Shown piece by piece: positions 25,195 to 36,300 of a stretch of 64,000 nt of DNA. The notes under the pieces are model-generated. The model was given only the letters and a program-made list of their open reading frames with translations, was not told where the DNA came from and searched no databases. Position 1 is the first letter of the stretch; each line of letters begins with the position of its first letter. Source of the DNA: Isurus oxyrinchus (lineage: Eukaryota); contig JANJGN010000557.1 in the NCBI GenBank assembly GCA_026770705.1, positions 248,001 to 312,000 of the forward strand. The letters run 5' to 3'. Both the position numbers and the translations under genes were made by a program.

Positions 25195-26301
25195 CCGAGA
25201 TACACTCTCATATTCCCCCAGCAACTCAGCAACTCCTCCAGTGAAACATTTCAGAGCAGCTGAGCTTGGTTTTCTGGAACCAGTCTCGGCCCAGAAGACT
25301 AGGGCCCTCACCTGTCGCTATGATCACTGGAAGCTGGGCTGTCTGCTGCCTGTAGGACACAGGTACTGGGATGAGGTCCTTTCCCTGTATGGATTCTCCA
25401 GTGTGTGTCTTCAGCTGATCCATTGTTGGCTCTAAATTCAGCGTCTGGGTTCCTTCATTTAGCTGTTTAAATGTGGGCTCTTCCACCACTGTGTCTGAGG
25501 CTCCCGTATCTGCCCCATTACTAGTGGCTGCCCATTCACTTGGGTTGTGATGGTTATAGGTTCAGTTTTTACCACTGTGACATTGGACAGGGAATAGACA
25601 TCGGTATCAGCAGCTTCAGGCTCTGTGATATTATTCACTTCCATCATGTTGGTGCACTGCCTGATGGGCTGTCTCGATTTCACCCTGCATTGCTTTATTA
25701 CCCGCCCCTTTCTTGTGGCAGTGATGGCATTCTGCCCCCTTGAACCTGCAGGTGTCCGGTACGAGCTCACTCCCCCCCACATCGAGAACAGGCCAACTTC
25801 GGAGTTGCTGCTGAAATACTCCCACGAAGCCTTTTAGTTTCTGGAGCGGCAGAGACTGTCTCTCGCTTGGCGGCTGTCTCTCTCTCTCTCTCTCTCACTC
25901 CAGTTTGAGCCTCACGCCCGGTGGTTGGTTCCTGTCCCAGCTGAGGACTGGTGCCATGTTGTACATCCTGTAAATCCCACCAGTCTCTCCCAGCACTTTC
26001 CATGCCTGGCGCTATTTCCATGGTGCGCTTCAAATCGATGTCGGCTTCTGCGAGTAAACGGCTCTGAATGGCGTTGGGGTGAACGACACAAACCAATCGG
26101 CCCCGCAACATGTCATTGAGTGTGTCTCCGAGGTCCCAGTGCTCAGTCACCTGCTTCCACTTCACTGTATAGGTTGCGATGGACTCTCCCTGGGCCCTTA
26201 CTCTGGAGTTAAACTTAAACCTCTGCATTATTACCCACGGCTTCAGCTGAAAATACATCTTCATGAGGACGACTAATTGGTGAAAAGATTTAGAATTGGG
26301 T
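25195..26301 (-). mobile_element. Gypsy/Ty3 LTR retrotransposon gag-protease fragment (degenerate)
   Basis: VIMQRFKFNSRVRAQGESIATY..LNDMLRGRLVC gag; zinc knuckles CSRCGG and CRFKGAECHHCHKKG; protease VNGQPLV..GPSLLGRDW; frameshifts. Confidence 0.9.
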
Positions 26302-27457
26302 GTAATACACGTCACTGTCTTCAGCTCTGAGACTGTCAATCCTCACCGAACAATTCTTCCCTTCCAAGTCACCGATTATTTTAGCACGTCCCACGAATGT
26401 GGCCATCCCATAATTGGGATCTTTGGTGTATGTGATGGTATATTTCCATCTATACCAATATTTATACCAAGCTCCGTGCAGTGCTGTGTAAGAGTGGGAA
26501 GGAAAGTCAAAGCTACACGGAATAACCACACAAGAGCTGCTGATGGCCCTCCGAGGTAGCGCCTTCATAGACCATCCCTCTGACGTCACTCCTGAAAGGC
26601 AACAAGGGAAGAGACAGGACATCAAAAAGCAGAATATTACTTCAATGGAGAGAGGCAGCAGAATGCGGTACAGAGGGATCTGGGTGTCCTTGTACATGAA
26701 TCACAGAAAGTCAGCATTCAGGAACAGCACGGAATGAGGAAGGCAAGTGGAATGTTGGCCTTTATTGCAAAGGGATGGAGTATAAAAGGAGGGAAGTCTT
26801 GCTACAACTGTACAGGGCGTTGGTGAGATTGTATCAGGAGCAGTGTGTACTGTTCTGGTCTCCTTACTTAGGGAGGGATAGACTCTGCATTGGAGGCAGT
26901 TCAGAGGAGGTTCACTGGGCTGATTCCTGGGATGAAGGGGGTTTGTCCTGTGAGGAAATGTTGAGCAGGTTGGGCCCTGTATCCATTGGAGTTTAGAAGA
27001 ATGAGAGGTGATCTTATTGAAACATATAAGATTCTGAGGTGGTGGGGGGTTTGACAGGGTGGATGCTGATGGGATGTTACCCCTTGTGGGGGAATCCTGT
27101 GAAGCAATAAGGATGTTTTACTGCATTAAAGGTGCTGTATAAATGCACTGTCATTCCTATTGAAACAAGCTCTCTGATGCACAAACAGAAAATGCTGGAA
27201 AAACTCAGCAGGTCTGACAGCATCTGTGGAGAGAGAAACAGAGTTGGTGTTTCGAGTCCGTATGAGCCTTTTTCTTTTGCTATATTCTCTGACTCGCTAT
27301 TCACTCACTCTCTGTGTGATCACTAACCCTGTTCTCTAAAATTAAATGTTCACTTCCTCACTCCAGGAAAGAATCCAATTCCCTGAGTTCCGATCAGTAA
27401 TGAATTTGTACCTTGCAGCAAGCTGATGAAGATCAATATCAGACCGACCTCTCCCAT
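26302..27457 (-). pseudogene. Gene D: truncated paralogue of gene B (leader 27457-27412; V exon 26591-26302, cut after DVYY)
   Basis: Near-identical to the gene B leader and V exon. Homology stops at 26302, where Gypsy gag begins. No donor and no downstream exons. Confidence 0.92.
26630..27095 (+). mobile_element. CR1-type LINE fragment in the gene D leader-V intron (paralogous copy at 52340-52805)
   Basis: MEYKRREVLLQLYRALVRLYQEQCVLFWSPYL motif. Confidence 0.88.
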
Positions 27458-27724
27458 CTTCAGTTCCTCATCTAAATGGAAATGATAAAGACAGAGACTT
27501 TTTCATAAATTGTCCCCAGCGTTTCTTCCTCAAACAACAACAACTTGTGTTTAAATGGCACCTTTCAGTGAGTTAAACAGCCCCAGGGAATTATCTAATG
27601 TCAAGACAAGGAAGGAGAGATTGAGAAGGGACATCGCAAACTGATTCACCAAAGACGGCAAAAATTCATTGTTCCCTCACTCCCTGTGCTGGGTGTCCAG
27701 CTTTTTCTCTCAGTGAGTTTAGTC

Positions 27725-28402
27725 CTCACAATCTCTATCTATCGCACTCTTCTGCTCTATCTCTCTCTCTCACACACACATTCTCTCTCTAACACTCACA
27801 ATCTGTCTCTATCACACTCTTCTGCTCTATCTCTCTCTCTCACACACACATTCTCTCTCTAACACTCACAATCTCTCTCTATCACACTCCTCTGCTCTCT
27901 CTCTCTCTCACACACACACATTCTCTCTCTCACAAACACAATCTCTCTCTATCGCACTCTTCTGCTCTATCTCTCTCTCTCAAACACACTCATTCTCTCT
28001 CTGACACACACATTCTCTCTCTCTCAAACTTTCACCTTTTCTCTCTATCTCGCTCTTCTGCTGTCTCCCTCTTTCTCTCTCTCACACACAAGTACCCTCT
28101 CTCTCTCTCGCACACTCTCTCTCACACACAAGTACCCTCTCTCTCTCTCGCACATTCTCTCTCACACACACTCTCTCTCACACACACTCTCTCTCACACG
28201 CACATTCTCTCCCTCACACACACTCTCTCACACACACACTCTCTCTCAAACACACTCTCTCTCACATGCACACTCTCTCCCTCATACACACACACTCTCC
28301 CTCACACATGCACACACTCTCTCTATCTCTTTTTCTCTCTCACACTGTCTCTCTCTCCCTCTCTTTCTCTCTCTCTCTCACACTCTCTCCCTCTTCTCTC
28401 TG
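27725..28402. repeat. CT/CA-rich compound microsatellite
   Basis: CACAATCTCTCTCTATCACACTCTTCTGCTCTATCTCTC units followed by (CT)n(CA)n. Confidence 0.9.
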
Positions 28403-28462
28403 ATACGGAAGGATTTAAGACCTGCTCATGATTTCAGCTCAAAACCCAGGCAGATTCTCCCC

Positions 28463-29125
28463 AGTGAGGGAGTGCTCAGGGGGTGCTGCACTGTCAGAGG
28501 GTCAGTGCTGAGGGAGTGCTGCACTGTCAGAGGGTCAGTGCTGAGGGAGTGCTGCACTGTCAGAGGGTCAGTGCTGAGGGAGTGCTGCACTGTCAGAGTG
28601 TCAGTACTGAGGGAGTGCTGCACTGTCAGAGGGTCAGTGCTGAGGGAGTGCTGCACTGTCAGAGGGTCAGTGCTGAGGGAGTGCTGCACTGTCAGAGGGT
28701 CAGTACTGAGGGAGTGCTGTACAGTCAGAGTGTCAGTACTGAGGGAGTGCTGCACTGTCGGAGGGTCAGTACTGAGGGAGTGCTGTACAGTCAGAGGGTC
28801 AGTACTGAGGGAGTGCTGTACTGTCAGAGTGTCAGTACTGAGGGAGTGCTGCACGGTCAGAGGATCAGTACTGAGGGAGTGCTGCACTGTCGGAGGGTCA
28901 GTGCTGAGGGAGTGCTGCACTGTCAGAGGGTCAGTAGTGAGGGAGTGCTGCACTGTCAGAGTGTCAGTACTGAGGGAGTGCTGCACTGTCAGAGGGTCAG
29001 TACTGAGGGAGTGCTGCACTGTCGGAGGGTCAGTACTGAGGGAGTGCTGCACTGTCAGAGGGTCAGTACTGAGGGAGTGCTGCACTGTCAGAGGGTCAGT
29101 ACTGAGGGAGTGCTGCACTGTCAGA
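28463..29125 (-). repeat. 33-bp minisatellite
   Basis: About 20 units of GAGGGAGTGCTGCACTGTCAGAGGGTCAGTACT. Confidence 0.97.
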
Positions 29126-30427
29126 ACTACCGTAATTCAGATGATGTTTGAAATTAGCAACATGCCTCATCTAAAATTCTATATCATCAGCTCAATATAA
29201 ATAGATTAGTCCTGTATGTTTCACTTTACTGCAAATTATTCATGGTTTCATTTCCTTGTTAACCAGGCTCATGTGATGACTATTTTTAAATAATGTTTGT
29301 TATTTGGAACAAGGGGCCATGCCTGAACAGATAACTGTCGGATCAAGCAGCTGGGATTTTTCTTGTACCTGGCTTCATTCAGATGTTTGCTGCTGGACAT
29401 GAGATCATTAATGTGTGAATGTAGAATCGGAGTCACCTCAGTGAACAGCAGCATTGGTTGAACAGCCTGATCTGCAATAAGAACTGCTGAACACAATGTC
29501 CGTTCAGAACAGCTCGGTCCCCGATCAGAGAAACAGCCTCAGACAGAACCAACTGACGCTGGAATCCATACAATTCATCAACGTGTTGGGAGTTAGTTTG
29601 ATGTCGGAGATGGAGTGTTACTGGGAAGGATGGAACCCGTCAGGATGAACAGCTCGATGTACGACAAGGAAAGGATGAGCTAAGAGGGGTTGGTTACGGA
29701 CAGACGGAGCGTGTGAAGACTCAACAAGCTAATGGCAGGTGAATAGCTGGAAAGGTGTCTTTTCCACACAAGGTTTAGACACAGAACTCGATGTTTGATC
29801 AGGTATTTCAAACCAGAGAAACTCTTTACAGGGTGAATGGACCTTGTCAATAATCCATCCAGCCAACCTCGCCTGGAGATTAGTCCAATATTAGACACTA
29901 AACCGAGTCCCCCGTCTGCCCTCTCGGGCGGGTGTGAAAGATCCCACAACCACTATTTGGAGGAAGAGCAGGGGGGATATCTCCCCGGTGTCCTGGGACC
30001 AATATTTATCCCTCAACCAACATCACCAAAAACAGGTGATCACATTGCTGTTTGTGGGAGCTTGCTGTGCGCTAATTGGCTGCTGCATTTCCTACATTAC
30101 AACAGTAACCACACTTCGAAAAAAGGGTGAACTCAACTGTAAAGTGTTCTGGGACATCCAGAGACCATGCTGTACAGAAGAGATTTGACAGGAGCAGCAA
30201 GTGTTTTACTTACAGGAGAATGAGTCCCCAGGGTTGTAGAGTCAATCCTGTCAGATGAATGTCTAACTGGAGACACTTCAGGGAGCTGATCTAATTCTGG
30301 AAATGTTCAGTTTACCAGGATCGGAGGAGAGATGATCTTCCTCTCCTGACTGCATCGGACACGAGGTGAACTGGCTCTGGGAGGAGGGTCAGTGTTAACC
30401 CAGTTTTTCTGTGTTTGAGGGAGATGT

Positions 30428-30462
30428 GAAACTGGGGAAGTCACGTGGTTTATTGGTGTGGT
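30428..30462 (-). promoter_or_regulatory. Candidate leukocyte-type promoter or enhancer upstream of gene D
   Basis: GGGGAAGT (ETS/PU.1), CACGTG (E-box), ATTGG (CCAAT) and TGTGGT (RUNX) within 35 bp. A minus-strand GTAAGT donor lies at 30213. Confidence 0.4.
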
Positions 30463-30846
30463 CACTCCATGTCTTTATTTGGTGCAGCACTCGTTTAGTT
30501 CATGTCATTCTTTCAATGCTACAAAACCACAGCACATTCTGGACTATTTCTGCCTGACCTGCTGTCAGATACACACAGTCTCACAGAGAGGCACAAACAC
30601 ACACCTGCACACACACACACACACACAAATACAACAAATAAACATACACAAACACTGCACACGAACACACAAACACACACACACACACACATACTCACAA
30701 CCAGAAACACACACACACACACACGCACAAAAACACACACACATACAGGCACACACTCATACACACAAACACACACATGCTCAAACACATACACACACAC
30801 ATACACTCGAATCTCTCTCTCACACACACACATACACACGCGTAGA

Positions 30847-31033
30847 NNNNNNNNNNNNNNNNNNNNNNNNNNNNNNNNNNNNNNNNNNNNNNNNNNNNNN
30901 NNNNNNNNNNNNNNNNNNNNNNNNNNNNNNNNNNNNNNNNNNNNNNNNNNNNNNNNNNNNNNNNNNNNNNNNNNNNNNNNNNNNNNNNNNNNNNNNNNNN
31001 NNNNNNNNNNNNNNNNNNNNNNNNNNNNNNNNN
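30847..31033. other. Assembly gap
   Basis: Run of N. Confidence 1.
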
Positions 31034-31086
31034 AGTGAAACCTCCCTGAATATGGCTGGTGTGTTTAACATTTGAGACACTCAGAC

Positions 31087-32960
31087 TTGGAGGGGAACTT
31101 CCAGGTGGTGGTGTTCCCATGTGTCTGCTGCCCTTGTCCTTCGAGATGGTAGTGATCATGTGTTTGGAAGGTGCCGTCTAAGGAGTGTTGGTGAGCCCCT
31201 GCGGTGCATCTTGTAGATGGTACACACACTGCTGCCACTGTGCGTCAGTTGTGGAGGGAGAGAATGTTTGTGGATGAGGTGCCAATCAGACGCGATGCTT
31301 TGTCCTGGACGGTGTCGAGCTTCTTGTCTGTTGTGAGAGCTGCACCCACCAAGGCAAGTGGGGAGTATTCCATCACACTCCTGACCTGTGCCTTGAAGAT
31401 GGTGGACAGGCTTTGGGGAATCAGGAGGTGAGTTATTCACCACATGATTCCCAGCATCTGGCCTGGTGTTGTGGCCACAGTATTTATATGGCTAGTCCAG
31501 TTCAGTTTCTGGTCAATGGTAACCCCCAGAATGTTGATAGTGGGGGATTCAGCAATGGTAATGCCATTGAATGTCAAGGGGAAATTAATAGATTCTCTCT
31601 GGTTGGAGATGGTCTTTGCCTGGCAATTGTGTGGCATGAAAGTTACTTGCCACTTGTCAGGCCAAGCCTGGATAATGGCCAGGTCTTGCTGCATTTGGAC
31701 ATGGGCTGCTTCAGTATCTGATGAGTCACGAATGGTGCTAAACATTGTGCAATCATCAGCGAACATCCATAATTCTGACCTTCTGATAGAATGAACGTCA
31801 TTGATGAAGCAGCTGAAGATGGTTGGGCCGAGGACACTACACTGAGCAACTCCTGCGGTGATGTCCTGGAACTGAGATGAATGACCTCCAACAACCACAA
31901 CCTTTGTGCTAGGTACGAATCGAACCAGCTGAGTGTTTCCCCCCCACCTTATGACATGGCAGATGATGTGTGCGAAATCCACAATGGCAACTTGATTGTG
32001 CTATCACAACAGTTTTGCAATTTATATTTATTACGAGATGCATGTACTGAATTCAGGAGAAATTAATCGATGAAGACATCTAGAGATCTTAAAAACTAAT
32101 TTAAAATATTTATTGACAAAATAAAAGATTTCAAGCACGTATCTAAGGCAGCAGTTACTACTAAAACAAATCCTAACATTCCTAATTAACCTGACTCCCA
32201 GTTACATACCCCGTTTAAGGCAACAGTCCAAAATAAGATTTTAGATTAAAAACAAACCCAGCGAGTTAACACAGCACACACTTGACACTGGAATTCTAAA
32301 CGGGTTTCTCCAACTTTATTTACTCAATATAACAAACTTTTGCACAAATGCCTGGAGGCTTCTTCAAGCCTGTTTCACACACTCCTGTTAGATCTTACAT
32401 GGCCCCCAACATAGCCTTTCATTCTCCTTTAAATGTGTTTCTCCCTCTTTGATGTGTAAATTCGATTGTTTATATGTCTTTGGAACTGTAACTTTCTAAT
32501 AATATAATAACTTTTATGTTGCCAATATTGTCAGTAAACTTTGGGAAAAATTAAAACACTCCTCAGCCTTGCTTATCAGGACAGTTGTAAACAGACCAGC
32601 GTGCCTTTGAAATCCAAACAATCCCTTAACTTATCTAAAAATGCAAATTCTCTTCACACCTTACATGCTGAGACAGCCTCCATTTCAACATTTCCAGTAC
32701 ATTTCTACACCTAGCTTCTTTTGATAATCTCAAGCTTATAGTCTACCTGACTCCAGATGTAATTAAACCACACAGACAGACCCATCTACACTCACACCCA
32801 TAAACCTACTTTACAACAAACCAGAAAAATATTATGAAAGTTATTGGATTTTCATACCACCCCTGATTCACATTGACTCCAGTTTTACTCGGGCTCCTAG
32901 ATGCCACACTCGGTCAAATGCAGCCTTGATGTCAAAGGCAGTCACTCTCACCTCACCTTG
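31087..32960 (-). mobile_element. LINE (CR1/L2 clade) RT fragment with a nested solo LTR at 31950-32859
   Basis: GVAQCSVLGPTIFSCFIND, MFADDCTMF. LINE sequence resumes at CCCCTGATTC after the insert. Confidence 0.88.
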
Positions 32961-33149
32961 TATTAACAGATGTAAAATTATACATAATTCATAAGCTTCT
33001 CACAATCTTTTACAGCATGGAAAAAGGTGCAGCATTCAGAAAGCTCACTCAGAACTGATAAAAAAAATTGAGCAACATCATATTTCTGTTCATTACTATT
33101 TGACCATGTTGGCTGCACACACCCCACAGCCCCGCTCCCTGTTTCACAC

Positions 33150-33398
33150 TCAGTTTTTCTGGAATCCAATCAGTGTGTATTCCGTGTCCTCGCTCCTGTG
33201 CACAGTCCTGTCACCGCTGGGCAGCTTTGAAAAGTTGATGTTGGCGTAGAGAAGGTCGTCGGGATTGTCGGGGTTCCCATGTCCAGCATCGCCTCCCACT
33301 GGACTTTCAGAGAGACCCCGGGGAGCTAGGGTCTGCCCCTCACTAGTTGTGTCTCTGGTTGTGTCCCGGGGCTCAGTAATCAGCATGTTCTGTTCATC
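33150..33398 (-). CDS. Gene B terminal exon with ITIM (LLYANI, 33254-33237) and ITSM-like motif (TEYTLI, 33185-33168)
   Basis: ctgtAG acceptor, phase 0, 249 nt to TGA. Typical Siglec two-tyrosine tail. Confidence 0.92.
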   Translation of the reverse strand, partial: DEQNMLITEPRDTTRDTTSEGQTLAPRGLSESPVGGDAGHGNPDNPDDLLYANINFSKLPSGDRTVHRSEDTEYTLIGFQKN

Positions 33399-36300
33399 CT
33401 ACAGAGAAATGGAAACAGAAGACATCCTCACATCATTTACTGGCACTGATAGGGTTAAATTATTGTGCAGCCTCGTTAGTGTCAGTCGTGGCTCAGTGGG
33501 TTTAACCCTTTTTTCGCTCTCTCTCTTTCCCTCTCTCTCTCTCTCTCTTGCTCACCTGAGTCTGGAAGTCCTAGTTACCATCTGAATCGTGAGATTTGTG
33601 CTCCATTCATCACAAACACAGGCATCCAAAACACCTCACGCCAATGAAGGAATTTTATTGAAGTGTGTCACTGCTATAATGTTGGATCTTATATGCCCAC
33701 CTGAGAGGGTAAACATGGTCAGCATTACACAACTGTTCTGCAAGATGGCACTTTGAACAATGCAACGTTCTCTCAGTGCTGGCTCCTGACAGTGCGGCAC
33801 TCCCTTGGAACTGCCCCTTCGAGAGGGCAGCATTCCTTCAATATGGACCCTCCAACAGTGCGGCGCTCCCTCAGTATTGAACATCCGACAGTGCAGCACT
33901 CCCTCAGTTCTGACCCTCCGACAGTGCAGCACCCCCTCAGTACTGACCCTCCGATAGTGCAGCAGTCTCTCAGTACTGACCCTCTGACAGTGCAGCACTC
34001 TCTCAGTACTGAGCCTTCTCCAATGCATCACTCTCTCATTACTGACCCTCCAATGGTGCAGCACACCCTCAGTACTGATTCTCCTTCTGTGTTGCTCTCC
34101 CCCAGTGCTGACCTCAGATGTATCGGCATTTTTGTGCTCAGGTTTCTGGAGAAAGAGAGACTGAGGGAGAGAGAGAGAGAGCAAGAGACAATGCTAAAAA
34201 CTGAGCCATTGCTGACTCCACAGTTAGAAGTCAGTGGGTAACCTGGCTGAGAATCTGGGACACGTGTTGTCTACACACTGAGATTGAAGCTTTGGAGTGA
34301 GTGTAAACAGCTCCTGTACCTGGTGCTTCACAGAGAGTGACCTGGGGGTCAATGCAATGTCTCTGGTCCCTGAAACTCTCTCCTCCATCGCTGTCTTTCT
34401 CCTGCAATAACACAATATCACACTGTGGTTATCATATAGCAGAGAGTCAGTGCAGCACAGACACAGAGCCCAGTGTAACCTTACACCAACGACTGGACTG
34501 TCTCTAGTTCCAATAAGGGATATCAGCGTGACATCACTATAATGGAAGTGTGTCATGTGATCCAATCTTAGTTTCACTTTTGCTTTGAGCAGAGCACACA
34601 CTCACAGCTCTGATGCCTCCAAGCTTTATCCGTATGTATAACTGTTCTTGATAAACGAGCCCATAACATTCTCACCCAATCCCTGTGTGCGATTGGTGCT
34701 TTGTGTCTTGTACAGTAAATAAGCCCAAGGTATAATATCATTATAATAACACGCCATATCTTTGACCCCCCCTCCACCCCTGCTCTTGCCCCCATAGCCC
34801 TTCAAATTTTGCCCCTTCAAGTATTTATCCAATTCCCCTTTTGAAAGTTCCTATTGAATCTGCTTCCACCTCCCTTTCAGGCAGCACCTTCCAGATCACA
34901 GCAACTGATTATTATTCATCTGGATAACGGGCAATGAAAAACACTCTCTGGATCATAAGGGACAAAGAGACCAGTTACGGAGAGGCATCTGGCGCTTAAC
35001 ACAAGGGAAACAATCACCGACTTCAGGAAAGAACATTGAAGCAAATGTTTATCCAGGAGTAATCGTGCAGAGTGAGGAATCTCTGGGTCTCGTGATTGTT
35101 TACCTGGATACAGGACAATGAAAGGTTCTCTCCGGATCAGAGTGGACACAGGGACCACTTACCGAGAGGGACCTGGTGCTGATCCCAAGGGAAACAATCA
35201 CCGACTTAAGGAAAGAACATTGAAGCAAATGTTTATATTAAAATCAAGTTAAATCTTCAGACTTACTTTCTCACACAGATGAAGATGAAGATTCCAGCCA
35301 GGAAAACACTCAACATGATCCCAGCCGTGAGCAATCCTACTGTCCATTTACTGCAGTCTCTACCTGTAAAAACAGCCATTAATTACTGCACTACAGGTTT
35401 AGAATGATGCTCCGATGTATCTCGAGAAGCGATACACTCACTCAATGTTTAAATACTCATTCTCGGGCAATGCTGACATTTATTGTCCATCCCTAGTTTC
35501 CCCTTGAGAAGGTGGTGGGGGGTCTTCCTCCTGAACCACTGGTTTGTCCCAAACTGGGAGACCAGTTCAGAGGGCAGGTCAGAGTTAATTACATTGGTGT
35601 TTGAGACTGGAGTCACATATACACCCAGACAGGTTTCCCTCCCTAAAAGGTTATTAGTGATCCACCTCCTAAATGTAATCTCTTTGTATGAATCAACTAA
35701 CCTCACTAAAATTATCGATTATCAGTTCATTATCACAATGCTGATTGTTGGAATCTTGCTGTGCACAAATCAGTAGCTGCGTTTCCAACAATACAACAGT
35801 GAGCTCACTTCGAAACTGCTTCATTGGCTGTTGAGAGTTTCAGGAATTTCTAAGCAATTTATGAATAAACTTCTTGCATTTCCATATAACCTATCTAATA
35901 TTTATATGTAATATTTATCGATGTAATCTTTGTAATATTTATATATAATATTTATCGATGTAATCTATGTAACATTTATAGATGTTACAATACAGCAGTT
36001 GGTAAAAGCTGTGGTTTAAAATCCCAGAGGGGAACTTTAAACAACTGTTAAAACCTATATTTCCCAGTGGAATGTTTGAGATGCAGCTCAAAATTCAGGA
36101 ATAAGACCACCGGTTCTCTAGAGGTTTTTATATCAAACTAAATTTGCCAACTTATAACAAGTTAAATATAGACACATGGCTAAAAGTTACAACGATCAAA
36201 ACTTTTTATCAAATTCCCAAACTAATCTCCTCTAAGACAACCCATAGACTTTAAGCAGACACCAGGCAAAGCATTTTAACCTCACAAATTCCAAATGAGG

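Larger units (their letters stand above)
26302..35460. repeat. Segmental duplication copy 1 (copy 2 = 52011-64000)
   Basis: Collinear direct alignment of V exon, leader, upstream region, LINE/LTR, tail and TM exons. Confidence 0.95.

Noticed and set aside
28426-29200. Long ORFs such as (VQHSLSTDPLT)n and (VLRECCTVRGS)n here and at 10.0, 50-51.8, 55.6 and 62.2-62.9 kb
   Set aside because: Translations of the 33-bp minisatellite, open in several frames on both strands. Not genes.
34113-34145. 33-nt exon as an exonised minisatellite unit
   Set aside because: Length and adjacency match, but the exon sequence does not resemble the unit. At most the donor-side bases do.
35005-35236. 48-bp direct repeat and a CG|GTAAGT donor-like site in the intron after the TM exon
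   Set aside because: No convincing acceptor or frame. Treated as a small intronic duplication shared with gene C.
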